Source of the DNA: Saprolegnia diclina VS20
Taxonomy: Eukaryota
Length of the DNA: 64,000 bases
Reading direction: 5' to 3'
NCBI RefSeq assembly: GCF_000281045.1
Contig: NW_008246084.1
Location: 75,538-139,537, forward strand
This document shows positions 11,945-24,245 of this stretch, in pieces. The position numbers and the translations under genes are program-made. Positions within the stretch are counted from its first letter, which is position 1, and the number at the start of each line of letters is the position of its first letter. The notes under the pieces are model-generated. The model was not told the origin of the DNA, ran no database searches, and saw only the letters and a program-made list of their open reading frames with translations.

Positions 11945-12180
11945 GTGTCGCGGTGCATGAAGCCATTCTGGCAAGACCATTGGCAATGACCCACGCAATG
12001 CCCACGCAATGTCGAGCGTCGAGCAGTCTTCCGGAACGGGCTCGCCTTTGCGTTTCTTGTCAAGGTACCGGCGGAGGTTGCCGCCGTCCATGTACTCGAG
12101 CACAACCTTGGGTTGTCACTGTTCAGGCCAGAGACCGCACCAAGCTGCAGCAAGTACGGCGAGTTGCATTTACTCTCCAC
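11945..12180 (-). pseudogene. Frameshifted TKL kinase fragment (subdomains IV-VIb)
   Basis: SPYLLQL / VLEYMDGGNLRRYLDKKRKGEPVPEDCSTLDIAW / WVIANGLA / NGFMHRD, spread across changing frames. Confidence 0.75.
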
Positions 12181-12439
12181 AATTGAATTTGAGATTGACA
12201 ACGACGGACGCACACTACGTGACCAGCTGGTTCGTAACACATGTTGAGCGACGAGCATACGAAATATGAAAACCCAAACAAAAAGAGCGCGACCGGAAGA
12301 GGTGCTGTCGCCGCGCATTGGTCTCCGCGTTCCTCTGGCGCGTTGTATTGCGCTATGCCCAACTTGCTGTATATTCCGACAAAATACGCTATTTCTACTG
12401 CCACACCAAATGGCATTTCCGATTTCATCACCAACAACC

Positions 12440-15400
12440 ATGCCCGCGAAGGTGGTAGAGTCCATGGCCGCCGCCAACGCATGAATGCATGTGCTTCGTA
12501 GGACGCTCAATTGTTTGAAGCGGCGCTTGATGGCTGCGTCGATGATGTCATGGCGCTGCTCGACCAAGGCGCCGACGTCACGTGGACCGACGAGGTACTT
12601 GATCAGTGTCGTCGACTCTCGAGCTAACGTGTGCATAGGACGGCGCAACGCCGCTGGTTGCGGCCTCCATCATGGGCAACGACGAGGCTGTGGCGGCGCT
12701 GCTTGCGGCTGACGCGGCCGTCGACCACGCAAACAACGTACGAACCTTGTCATCCATGGCCCATGTCATCCGTGTGCTGGTAGGATGGCTTTACGGCGTT
12801 GATCATGGCCGCGCAGAGCGGCCACCATCCTGTCGTGATGTTGCTCTTGGCCGCCAACGCCGCTGTGGATCTTGCAGACAACGTACGCCGCAGAATGCGC
12901 ATTTATGTTTCGCGATATTTGTGCGTAGACGGGGGCGACAGCGCTCTTCCTTGCGGCGCAAGAAGGCCATGCCGACGTCGTCGCCAGCCTCTTGGCCGCG
13001 CACGCATCAGTTAACCAGCCCATGGAGGTACATGTCAAAATGCACACACGTTTCTCTAAATGCATGGTCTTACAGGACGGGCAACACCCCTCGCTATCGC
13101 TGCACAGAATGGCCACTCGGCCATTGTGGTCACGCTCTTGGCAGCCGGCGCCGACGTGAGCCTCGCCATGGACGTACGTCTGCGCTTCGTGCCCAAGATC
13201 GATCGCAACGACTGGACTAGAATGGCGTGACCCCCCTTTTTTGGTCGCGCAGAACGGACCGGACGACATCGTCGAGGCGCTTCTCGAGGCCAAGGCGGCC
13301 GTCGAGGCGCCCATGCATGTATGCATCCTTGATTTGATGCGGCGTCGACACGCGCGCGGTAGGACGGAGCGACGCCGCTGTTGATTGCAGCGTGCAAAGG
13401 TCATGGTTCTGTTGTNNNNNNNNNNNNNNNNNNNNNNNNNNNNNNNNNNNNNNNNNNNNNNNNNNNNNNNNNNNNNNNNNNNNNNNNNNNNNNNNNNNNN
13501 NNNNNNNNNNNNNNNNNNNNNNNNNNNNNNNNNNNNNNNNNNNNNNNNNNNNNNNNNNNNNNNNNNNNNNNNNNNNNNNNNNNNNNNNNNNNNNNNNNNN
13601 NNNNNNNNNNNNNNNNNNNNNNNNNNNNNNNNNNNNNNNNNNNNNNNNNNNNNNNNNNNNNNNNNNNNNNNNNNNNNNNNNNNNNNNNNNNNNNNNNNNN
13701 NNNNNNNNNNNNNNNNNNNNNNNNNNNNNNNNNNNNNNNNNNNNNNNNNNNNNNNNNNNNNNNNNNNNNNNNNNNNNNNNNNNNNNNNNNNNNNNNNNNN
13801 NNNNNNNNNNNNNNNNNNNNNNNNNNNNNNNNNNNNNNNNNNNNNNNNNNNNNNNNNNNNNNNNNNNNNNNNNNNNNNNNNNNNNNNNNNNNNNNNNNNN
13901 NNNNNNNNNNNNNNNNNNNNNNNNNNNNNNNNNNNNNNNNNNNNNNNNNNNNNNNNNNNNNNNNNNNNNNNNNNNNNNNNNNNNNNNNNNNNNNNNNNNN
14001 NNNNNNNNNNNNNNNNNNNNNNNNNNNNNNNNNNNNNNNNNNNNNNNNNNNNNNNNNNNNNNNNNNNNNNNNNNNNNNNNNNNNNNNNNNNNNNNNNNNN
14101 NNNNNNNNNNNNNNNNNGGCGATGCTTCTGGACGCCAAGGCTGCCGTGAACCGAGCGATGACGGTACTCTACTCTCAAAAGTGGTGATGGTCGAATAATG
14201 CGTGTGCTAGAATGGGTATTCTCCGTTGTTTTTGGCGGCGCAGTTTGGCCATGAGCTTGATGCCACAACGCTGGTGGCCGCCGGCGCAGATGTCCACCAA
14301 GTCGACGCCGTACGCTGCTCTTTGAATCTCCGTCACCTCACGTGCCTTGGTACACTAGGAGGGCGCGACGCCGCTCTTTATTGCAGCCCAAAACGGACAC
14401 GACGCGGTCGTTGCGGCGTTGATCGTAGCAAATGCCGACGTCCACCAAACCATGAAGGTATCCCTGCTGCCGGTTATCGGGTGCCACAAGATGACACATA
14501 GGATGGCGCGACGCCGCTTTTTGTTGCGTGTCAGGACGGCCACGTTGCTGTCGTCACGACACTACTGGCGGCGAATGCTGTTGTCAACCAGGCGATGAAC
14601 GTGCGTTGTTCACGCCACTGCCCATAGCCAGAACGGCTTGACACCGCTCATTAAGGCGGCTCAATTTGGCCATGACGCGGTTCTGGCTCTTCTTCTCTCG
14701 GCCAATGCAGCTATCGACCAAGCCAACAGTGTACGCCCTTGATACATCCGAAAGCACAATGTATGAATGTCCTATATGTAGACGGGCGCGACGCCTCTTT
14801 TTAGGGCGTCCATCAACGAACGCAACTCGACGGTCAAGGTGCTCTTGGCGGCCGACGCCAGCCCCAACCAAGCCGCCGACGTACTCTTCACTGTGATGAA
14901 TATTGCGCTTCAACCGAGAGGTGCTAGGACGGCGACACGCCGCTCTTGGCCGCCACGCGCAGTGGCTACCTCGATATTGTACAGAGCCTCCTGGACGCCG
15001 GCGCCGACGTCAACCAAAGCCTCACGAGCGGCTTCCCATTTGAAGATTATGAGCTTTTGGTACGAGGATGGCATCTCTTGTGTGCTTCTGACGTGGCGCT
15101 GTGTAGCCTGGCACGACGCCGCTGATGCTTGCTGCGCTGTGTGGGCGCAAAGACGTTGTGCGTACGCTCCTCCAGCACCACCCCAACCTCCATGCGTGCG
15201 ACGAGGTACTCTAGTGCAGCTGCGTAGTATACAACAAACGGTCCGGACAGTGACGTAGGAGGGCCGCACAGCGCTGAAAGTGGCGGCTGCTGGCGACCAC
15301 GCAGCCATCGTGCAGCTCCTCGTGAACGCCAGTGCCAACTCGCCTGCGGACGTGCGATGTGACAAAGCAGAGCGTGTCATGGCAACGACGCTCGAGGCGC

Positions 15401-15582
15401 TGCTGAATCGCACCGAGGAGCAAGCCATCCACGTGTCGATCCCCTGCGATGCGTGCAAGACAGCGAACGCGCTTTCGACGACCTCCGACAAGTGTGTGAG
15501 CTGCGGTCAAAGCCTTCCGAACGACGACGAGAAGCTGCGCGTGCTTGTCGAGGGCCTTCACCTCACGGCGACGACCGCGTAA
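12440..15582 (+). CDS. Multi-exon ankyrin-repeat protein with C-terminal Zn-ribbon/helix module, no kinase visible (ANK gene 6; gap at 13416-14117)
   Basis: ATG CCC GCG AAG|GT first exon; more than 14 one-repeat exons; last exon EGRTALKVAAAGDH...CDACKTANALSTTSDKCVSCGQSLPNDDEKLRVL...*. Confidence 0.75.
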
Positions 15583-16004
15583 ACCTGCGATGGGCTGCAT
15601 CTAATGTGAACACATTTTCAATAGCATCACGCTACAGCTCTCTCTACGTATGCCATGCACAATATGACGACTTGTACCCGGTCTTTCGTATGTACTGTAC
15701 ACAGTGCGGCGCTCATGACACGAACCCTGCAACGGCGTCGAGAAGCTACACCTGCACTCGTACCCGCGCTGGGCAGCAGTAGATTAGTGCGCATTGCCCG
15801 ATGCAACTACACTCGCATCTAGACAACCAGCGTCCGTGTGAGCTATCCTGACAGCACGACCTCCAAGATCGTCTTGCCATTCGAAGTATGCATAAAACTT
15901 CGTGTCGTACTTCGCACAAATTGGCAATCTTGCGTTTACTATACCATACAATGCTCAAGTACTGCGATGTGCGTGGCACGCTGCTGGCAAGTCAAGTGAG
16001 AACC

Positions 16005-18742
16005 ATGGTGCTGCCTTCTTGTCGCGGCAAGGCGCCGTTGACACTTTGCTTGAGCATAGGAAGACGAGCTGCTTACTGCCGCGCTGCATGGCCACACGAG
16101 CGACGCCCAGCGCCTCCTCGATAACGGTGCGAGCGTGCACTCGACCAACAGCGTACGTCACAATGCCATCGTCGCCTGGACGCCTTAGTCGCATTGGCGT
16201 AGCGTGGCGCGACAGCACTGCTAGTGGCGGCCGAGAACGGACATACCGACGTTGTTGCAGTCCTCCTCGCGGCCAAGGCCGGTGTCAACCACGCCGACCT
16301 TGTACGTCGCTCCGAGATGAGAGATCGCCAAGCTCATCGAGGTGCTGTAGAACGGCGAGACGCCCTTGTTTGCCGCGTCACGCCGCGGCCATCGCGATGT
16401 TGTGCGTGTATTGCTCGATGCAGGTGCAAACGTCGACAAGAGCCTCCAGCTTGGCTTTCAAGACCGCGGTGTGCGACTCCGCGTAGGCAACGCCCGGGTA
16501 AAAGCCTTCTCACGCATATCTTGTCTAGCCGGGTGCGACGCCACTTCTGGCCGCTGCGAGATTTGGCCACGAGGAGACGGTTCGCGTCTTGCTATCTGCA
16601 AAACCCAACATCAATGCCTTTGACGAAGTCAGACGTGTGATGAAGCAAATCACCTCATGCTACATTGTACTGGTGTAGAGCGGCGAATTGGCCGTGACGG
16701 CAGCAGCGTGCGCCGGCCATGCCTCGATTGTGCACCTGATCTTGCATGAAAACAGCGACTATAACGAACCCGTAGCTCGCACAACCCTACGCGTGGTCGG
16801 GCTGATGGCATTGGTCTAGGCCGAGATGACTGTGGTGGGATCGTTCAGTCCCGCGCCATCGAGACTTAATCATGTCATGTCGCAGCACGACCTTGGCCTC
16901 TCGTATGCACCAGCGGCCACCGACAGCTTTGAGAGGCTCCGGGGGCGCGAGCTCGTTGATGCAGTGGTTGCCAGCGACGCCGCTGCCGTCAAGGCGCTTG
17001 TAGCGCTGGGTGCGCACCCGAACGCAACGAACGCGGTCTCGTCCATCGTTTATATGCAAGCCGTTCCCATGGTCGTACATGGGGTGTAGGAAGGTGAGAG
17101 CGCACTGCACCTTGCTGTGCGCTATGGCGAGCCCCGCATCCTCGAGATGCTGCTGCGAGCGCCAGGGGTCGACAGCCAAGCGCGCAACCCGGTCTCGTGA
17201 TGCACAATAGCATTGGCCCCACGGAATCTCGCGTAGGATGGCGAGACGCCACTGGTGTTAGCGATCAAGCTGCGCCACCGCCGGTTCCCACACCAAATTT
17301 ACAACGTCGTTCACCAAATCGCCGACGATGTACGAGTTGATGACGGCGCCGTCCACTGACACGACGTAGGTGCATGAGACTGCGATTCAGATCAATGCAA
17401 ACGCTCTCCTCGGCGACGGCGGCTTTGGCTACGTGCACAAAGGCATGTACAAGAACGAGCTTGTCGCAGTCAAGTCGGCTAAATACGCGGCCGGCGCCAA
17501 TGACCTTTACGNNNNNNNNNNNNNNNNNNNNNNNNNNNNNNNNNNNNNNNNNNNNNNNNNNNNNNNNNNNNNNNNNNNNNNNNNNNNNNNNNNNNNNNNN
17601 NNNNNNNNNNNNNNNNNNNNNNNNNNNNNNNNNNNNNNNNNNNNNNNNNNNNNNNNNNNNNNNNNNNNNNNNNNNNNNNNNNNNNNNNNNNNNNNNNNNN
17701 NNNNNNNNNNNNNNNNNNNNNNNNNNNNNNNNNNNNNNNNNNNNNNNNNNNNNNNNNNNNNNNNNNNNNNNNNNNNNNNNNNNNNNNNNNNNNNNNNNNN
17801 NNNNNNNNNNNNNNNNNNNNNNNNNNNNNNNNNNNNNNNNNNNNNNNNNNNNNNNNNNNNNNNNNNNNNNNNNNNNNNNNNNNNNNNNNNNNNNNNNNNN
17901 NNNNNNNNNNNNNNNNNNNNNNNNNNNNNNNNNNNNNNNNNNNNNNNNNNNNNNNNNNNNNNNNNNNNNNNNNNNNNNNNNNNNNNNNNNNNNNNNNNNN
18001 NNNNNNNNNNNNNNNNNNNNNNNNNNNNNNNNNNNNNNNNNNNNNNNNNNNNNNNNNNNNNNNNNNNNNNNNNNNNNNNNNTTTGCGATCATCGACGGCG
18101 TCCGCAGTGGCGAGTTGCGTCCGTCCGTGAGCGCTGACTGTGCGCCGTGGTACAAGGCGCTGGCTGACGACTGCTTGTCGTTTGATCCGAAGCAACGTCC
18201 AACAGCCCAGACGATCATCGACCGTTTGTTGCTGCAGGAAAAGGCTCTTGCTGGTCGAGAACCGGTCGCAGCGCCCGAGACCAAGACCGAGCGTCTGATG
18301 ACGCCGCCACAACTGACCAAGGGCATGAGCAGCAGCTCGTCCACCTCGGTACGAAGGGCCCAGTTTTGGCTTGAATGTGTGTCGAGCAAATCTGCGGATC
18401 TAGTCGACGTCGTCGTCCTGGTCGTCGGGAGCTCTCACGAGTCGTCTGCCGTGCCGGATGTGCAAGACGCGCAACGCAGCGTTGAACCAACACTGCAGCA
18501 GCTGCAACGAGGCCATGCCTGACGAGTCGACCAAGCTCGCGCTCTTGCTCAAGCGCGCCAAGGTGGCCAACGCCAAGGGTTTCTCGATCAACCTGTGCAT
18601 CGACTGCGACATTTGCGAGACGACCAACGTCATGACGGCGGCGACGTGTATCGATCCCGAGTGCGGCGAGGAGCTTCTGGACGACGCCGAGAAGCTGCGT
18701 ATTCTTACCCGTCGCTTTGACCTTGCGACCAGCTCGGCGTGA
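16005..18742 (+). CDS. Ankyrin-repeat TKL protein kinase with two C-terminal Zn-ribbon/helix modules (gap at 17512-18081)
   Basis: ATG|GT micro-exon, then ANK exons, then kinase N-lobe LGDGGFGYVHKG..VAVK and C-lobe ELRPSVSADCAPW..DPKQRPTA. Tail CRMCKTRN..CSSC..PDESTKL and CDICETTN..CIDPEC..DDAEKLRIL. Confidence 0.85.
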
Positions 18743-19592
18743 GCTTCAGTGTCCAGAGGTCGAGCGCGATGCTGCGTGCATATTGTTAACCTGCGTAAAC
18801 CATGCCTTCGTTCTTAGCACTCTTCCTTGAGATAATGCTTTTTACTTCAAGTCTACTCGCAGTTCACCAGACGACGATACTCTCAGGCTGGGATTTCGCC
18901 TCCGACGCACTTGGAGCGTAACTCGGCAGCATCCTGCACGACGACCAACATGTGTGAGCTCCAAGGCCGACGCGTACAAGACGCACTCTCGCTCAGCATC
19001 TCTCTCGACAAGCACGAGAGCACGCACGGACCCTGGGCTGCTCGTGCTCATCGAAACCTTGGGAGACCACAAACATCCGCGAAGCAACGAGGTCATACCA
19101 GGCGTTGGTGAACACTCTCGTTCTAGAGTGCCACGTCATTGTAAGTGCAATCTCAGAAGGCACTTGGGAGCTCAAGAAATGCTACTCCACGTCGGCGTGC
19201 GCGGCTCATGACGATAATTGAGCGTGGTCGAAAATTGTTTATAGCGTATGCCGCGAATAAAATCGGCAAACTGCCACATTTAACGACGCCGATGCACCTT
19301 CCAGGATGATCGTGTTGGAAATAATGTATCAACTTGACACCGGGATAAACTGTACTGTTGAGATTACGGCATGCCACTCCTTGTCGGGGTGCGAGGTACA
19401 CGTGACTATAGTGCGGAACCAACTACTAAACTACTAGTACATGCATTTTTTGTCCCAAATTTTAGCAGTAGGAATGAAAGCACAGCGGCAACCAACGCAA
19501 TTTCCACTTAATGCTGGACGGCTGTACACGATCGTCCAACGACAAAGTACAAAATGGAGGTCAAAACTGCGCTCGCATGAATTCAAAATTCA

Positions 19593-22500
19593 TTAGAGTT
19601 GCTTCTCGGTGTAGTAGAGGCCATCAGTCGCCCGCGTCCGCACTTGCGCCTTATACACCTCGCCGGCCAAAATGCCATCGACCGCCGACGCAGCGTCCGT
19701 CACGATGCGCCACGCGTTGTACTGCCCCCGACGCAGCTCCACAACCACCTCAAAGATCGGCTCACCACCACGCTGCGCCAAGAGCTTCCGCAGCGGACCG
19801 TTGTCATCCTTCGTTTGCTTCTCCTTGGCCAATGCGTCGCCGACCGTCACCGACTCGACGCCGCCCACAAGACCTCGCAGCGGCTTGTTCTTGAGCAACT
19901 TCCGGAGGTCGCCGTGCGCCGAGGCTACGATGCGCACGCCACGCTGCTTGCACGTACGCGCGGCCTCGACTTCGTTCGGGCGACCAATCTCGTCAATAAC
20001 CATAACCTCGGGCGTGTGGTTCTGGACGCACTCGACCATCACAGCGGCTTGGTCGTCGAGCGACGGCACCATCATGCGCCGCGCCAGGCCCACGCACGGA
20101 TGCGGAATGTCGCCATCACCTTCGGAACAAAACGTGGTTAGGGTTCTTCTTCTCCACCAGCACGAGATAAAGAGTAGTATACCTGCAATCTCGTTGCTCG
20201 TGTCGACGATGCAGACGTTGTACTTGGTGGCGAGCTGCCGAGAGACTTCGCGGACGATGGTGGTTTTGCCGCAGCCTGGTTCGCCGAGGAAGAGAATGTT
20301 CTTGTCTTCCATTGCCAGAAGATCCGCGATCAAGCCCGCGTTGCCTTCAATGTACCGGCCGACGCGAATCGTAAGGGCGATGATCCTGTCTTGGCGGTTG
20401 CGAATCGCCGAGATACGGTGCAGTTGTCGCTCGAGGCCGGCGCGGTTGTCGCTGCCAAAGCCGCCGACGCGCTCCACGATCGAATCGAGGTCGTCTCTCG
20501 TGACGACGCGGTCGTGGTTACTCGGATCGAGAAAGAAACGCGCGCCGTTGACCCACGCCCACGGTCGGCGTCCGAGGTCCAAGACAATGTCCAGTAGCTT
20601 GGCGCTGACCTCTGGTTGGAGCAGTGGCGCCGCGAGGTCAGGTGGCAATAACCCCAAAATGTCGTCCAAGTCTTCGTGGATCACCACTGGCGCACTCGAA
20701 ACAACATCGTGGGGTCGCCACGCCTGGAGGTACTCGGTCGAGACGAGTCGCTGATTCTGCTGCGCGTCAAAGCACAGCGACCGCTGACCATCGCAAGCAA
20801 TGGCCTGATGGATTCGCTGGTTGGAGGCGGTCATGAGCGGCGATATGTTGTCAAAAATGGCCTTGGCGAGCACGTCTGAGGCTTGAAGCAGCAGCTGCAC
20901 CGTCGCCGCCGCGGCTTGCGTGGCTTCTGGTAGCAGTGGGCGGTGGTTCAAAAAGTCGGGGCGGTCGAGGTACCGCGGGTGCGGGTGCGCAGGCAGTCCG
21001 ACGACCGAGAGCATCTCGGCAAACGAGACGCTGAAGCGCGACGTCTGGTGCTCGAGGAGGAGCTCCAAGTCAATGACAGAGGCGAGCCGATTCTCGCCGA
21101 CGGCCGAGAAGAGAGCTGCAAACGGGTGTGCGTTGTAGACGATCTTGGTAACACTGGGCGACTGGAGCGCCGGACTCAGCGCATGCGCCAACGCAGTCGC
21201 TGGGATCTGGGCGCAGTCGAGAACCAGCGTATGACCCGTAAAGGCCAGGACAAGGAGTGCATGCGGCAGTGTGCCATACGCATAGAGCGTCATGACCCGC
21301 GCCTGTGTCGGGTTGTGCAAAATGCCATGGGCCGTGATCGCGTCATGCAGTTGATGGACCGTGGAAATGAAATGGGTAGTCGCCGGTGCTTGCGGGTCGG
21401 GCGTCGTGAGAGTCTGGAGAGGAGTGGCACTCTCCTCCGCGTCGTTGCTATCGTCGTCGCTGCTCTCATCGCTGCTAGAATCAGCGCCAGAGCTGGATCG
21501 GCTCCCTAGTCGAAATAAGCCAGCGGTTCCTAGTAACTCGAAAGGTCGTACGGAACGACGTGGCCGACGACGGGCTCTTCCACGTAGCATTGGCCTTGGG
21601 CGAGGGCAATGCAGGAGGGGTGCCACCGGCGCGGACAAAGCACGGACGCGTCGGGTCGGCGTCCGAGTAGGTCAGTTTCGGGTGGCGGCGAAGCGACTGC
21701 ACGATCGCAGCGACGACCGCATCCAAGTCCACGTCGTCCGGCAGCGTCGGGCGTACTTGGCCGCGAATGTACGACGTGTAGAACGCATTGTCCGAGGCCA
21801 CCCACTCGAGGATGGCGTCGACGTACTCGGACGCGTGCGCGGCGACGTAGGGCTGCAGGGTCGGGTCCAGCTTCGTTATCGCCGGAAGCTTGGTCGTCGT
21901 TGGTGCTCTCTTGGTCGTCGAAGGGGGGGCGGGAGGCGGCGTGTTTGGCTCGCGCAAAGCGCAAAACGAGACCCGGCCGCCAACAACCGAGCTCGTGACT
22001 TCCGGGTGGCGCTTGAGCGTATCGAGGATGCCCGCGAGGACCGCTTTCGCGCTCACGTGCGACGGGACGCGCAGCTGCCCGAGAATGTCGGCTTCGGTAA
22101 ACGCCTTGCCCTTCTTCGTCGTTGAGACCATCGCTGTGAGGTAGTAGGGCGTCACTTGGTCGACAATGTTGTGGACACTGACGGTCGCGTCGCCCGACGC
22201 GCTGCGCCGACCAAAGCACACGTTGGCGAGGTAGCTCGGGCGGTGGCGGAAGCGGGGGTCTTGCACAAGAGCCGGCAGAATGTGGCTTTTGACCACGGCG
22301 CGCGGGAGCGTAAAGGGCAGTTTAATCTTCCACGAGTAGACGACGGCGTGGCCGCAGCCTTCGTCGTGGGTCTGCAGCCAGCGTTCCATGGCGTGGGCGT
22401 ACGCCTCGATGGCGGTCGCAAGGTTGGCGTCCGTCAAGCCCGACGTATTCGGCTGGGACTCTACCGAGTGTGAGACGACGCTGCCAGCGACAGGACAGTT

Positions 22501-23423
22501 GACGTACCAGGAATCGCCCGTGGCGGCGTGGACGCCAGCGGCAGTCGCGGCGCCGGAATCGCTGCGAGTGGCTTCATAAAGAAAGGCTCAGGGAGCGAGT
22601 CGACGTACTGCAGCCGCGCGTCACGCCGTACGACAGTGACGACGGCAAGCACGAGCGCATCGACGCTGATCGCCCCCGAGGCCATGGGCGAGAGTACCGT
22701 TCGCAATTGCGAGACGTAGAACGGCTTGTCGTCGAGGACGCTGGCGAGCACTTGCGGTAATAAGAGCGCGCCCAGCTGCGCGGCCATTGCAGCCTCCGCG
22801 GGTGGCACCTCGGGCTCCTCACAGCGCGGCGACGACACGATCGTGGTCTTGCCAGCAACGACTTGCTGCTGGAGGCGCGGATCGCGGCCGAGCGCGACAA
22901 CAATGGCGGCGACGACCGCGTCGCACGGTGCGAGCGGCGCCATCGCTTGGACCTGCGACCGAATGCTGTCTTCGGTGACGTAGCCGCCAGCGCCCGTAAT
23001 GTCGAGCACCGCGGGCTTGAACTGCTCTTCGTACTGCGCGACGCACTTCTGGACAACGACCGACGTGACTGAGGACAAAGGCTGGCTCGCGACGCTGGAC
23101 GTGCTTGGCGTGCTACTGCGGGGCTTGGGCGCGGCCTTGCAGCACCAGTGGCCGCCGACAGTGCCAGCCGAGACGACCGCAGGATGGCGCTTGAGCGCAT
23201 GGACGATACGGCTCGCGGCCTTCTTGAGGTCAAAGTTGGGTGACGGCGCGACGAGCGTTGAATGCACGTTGGACGAGTTGTAGACTCTGCCGCCGGACGT
23301 CGCTGCCAGCATGCGCGCAGTGTACACGAGGATCTGGTCGTTCACATACGTCGTCATCGACACGCTCGGCGGGCGAGAGCGCGAGGCCAGCGCCGCTTCC
23401 CAAGAGCCGCCATAGTCGTCCAT
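19593..23423 (-). CDS. Gene A: N-terminal module array + degenerate 3'-5' exonuclease-like domain + Ycf45/SpoIIIAA-family ATPase (~1224 aa, 4 exons)
   Basis: Three ORFs joined in frame by GT..AG introns at 22507..22461, 21551..21506 and 20182..20120. Walker A GEPGCGKTT, Walker B VMVIDEIG; Ycf45 motifs DLGR, DNRAGLERQLHRISAIRNR, DTSNEIAGDGDIPH, ASAHG. Confidence 0.88.
19630..21076 (-). repeat. Left arm of a ~1.45-kb near-identical inverted repeat (partner 28873-30319)
   Basis: The reverse complement matches 28873-30319 with scattered substitutions, including the 63-nt intron. Confidence 0.95.
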
Positions 23424-24245
23424 CGTCGACTGGCAGCAGTTGTCTTTGACACGAATGAATCACGGCGCGACGACGCCGGTTTGTCCCAAACCGGTTTATT
23501 ATGCAACCGGTTGGCATTTGATCCGGTTAGAAAGAGCAATATGGACATTTCCTAGCTTTGGCATCGACGGTGCGAGATGATGGTGATGCTGGTATAGGTG
23601 CTGGAGACTGGGCCAGGAGGCTGGATATGGTCGCGTAGGAACCAACCGATTCGATCTCCTTCTAGGTTCAAGTGGGCGGAGGAGCGAGCGCAAGCGGCCC
23701 AAATCATCGCCAATGGTCGTGCCGCTGCCTTCCTGATACGACCGTTAGAGCCAAGGGCCATGATTCCTTTGATTGGAGTCATTAGCACCTGGCGTCGATG
23801 CGTGTTGCGAATAGTAAGCAGCCATGCCACCTTGACGAGAAGGTGCCGAGGTGGAGCTGACTGGTGCGGGTCATGGGGCGTCGACAGCGTCGCCTCCGAC
23901 TGTCGTGCTCGCCAACGTTGGTGGTCCATCCGCGCTCTCTTGCAGCCAATAGGACGGTCGTAGCTCGCTCGGGTAGTCCTTGATCGCACCAAGCGTCAAG
24001 CTGCCATCCATGCGTCAGCACTGCTCGACCGCCACTGCCAGAGGTTAGCCGTTCGATGCATTTGGCTTCCTTGCAAGCACCTACTTCTGTGGGGCTCGAC
24101 GGCGATGGCTCGAGGTTCAGGCAGTAGTGGGTCTGCACTTGATGCAGCTCCGTATCAATGCGTGGATGCAGGTCGTTGAAAAACGCGTTTAATCCCACTG
24201 CAACCAATCGCGTTTTATTCCATCTTTCGTGACGTGGGGAGCAGC

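Noticed and set aside
19672..20754. 360-aa antisense ORF, and similar ones at 29195-30298, 25892-26890 and 52511-53698
   Set aside because: Shadow ORFs expected opposite GC-rich coding sequence; no recognisable motifs.
21481..22574. Apparent frameshifts or three separate genes in gene A
   Set aside because: Canonical 46- and 47-nt GT..AG introns join the ORFs in frame.
23477..23495. Small palindrome CCGGTTTG-TCC-CAAACCGG upstream of gene A
   Set aside because: An 8-bp stem can occur by chance, and no counterpart is seen upstream of gene B.
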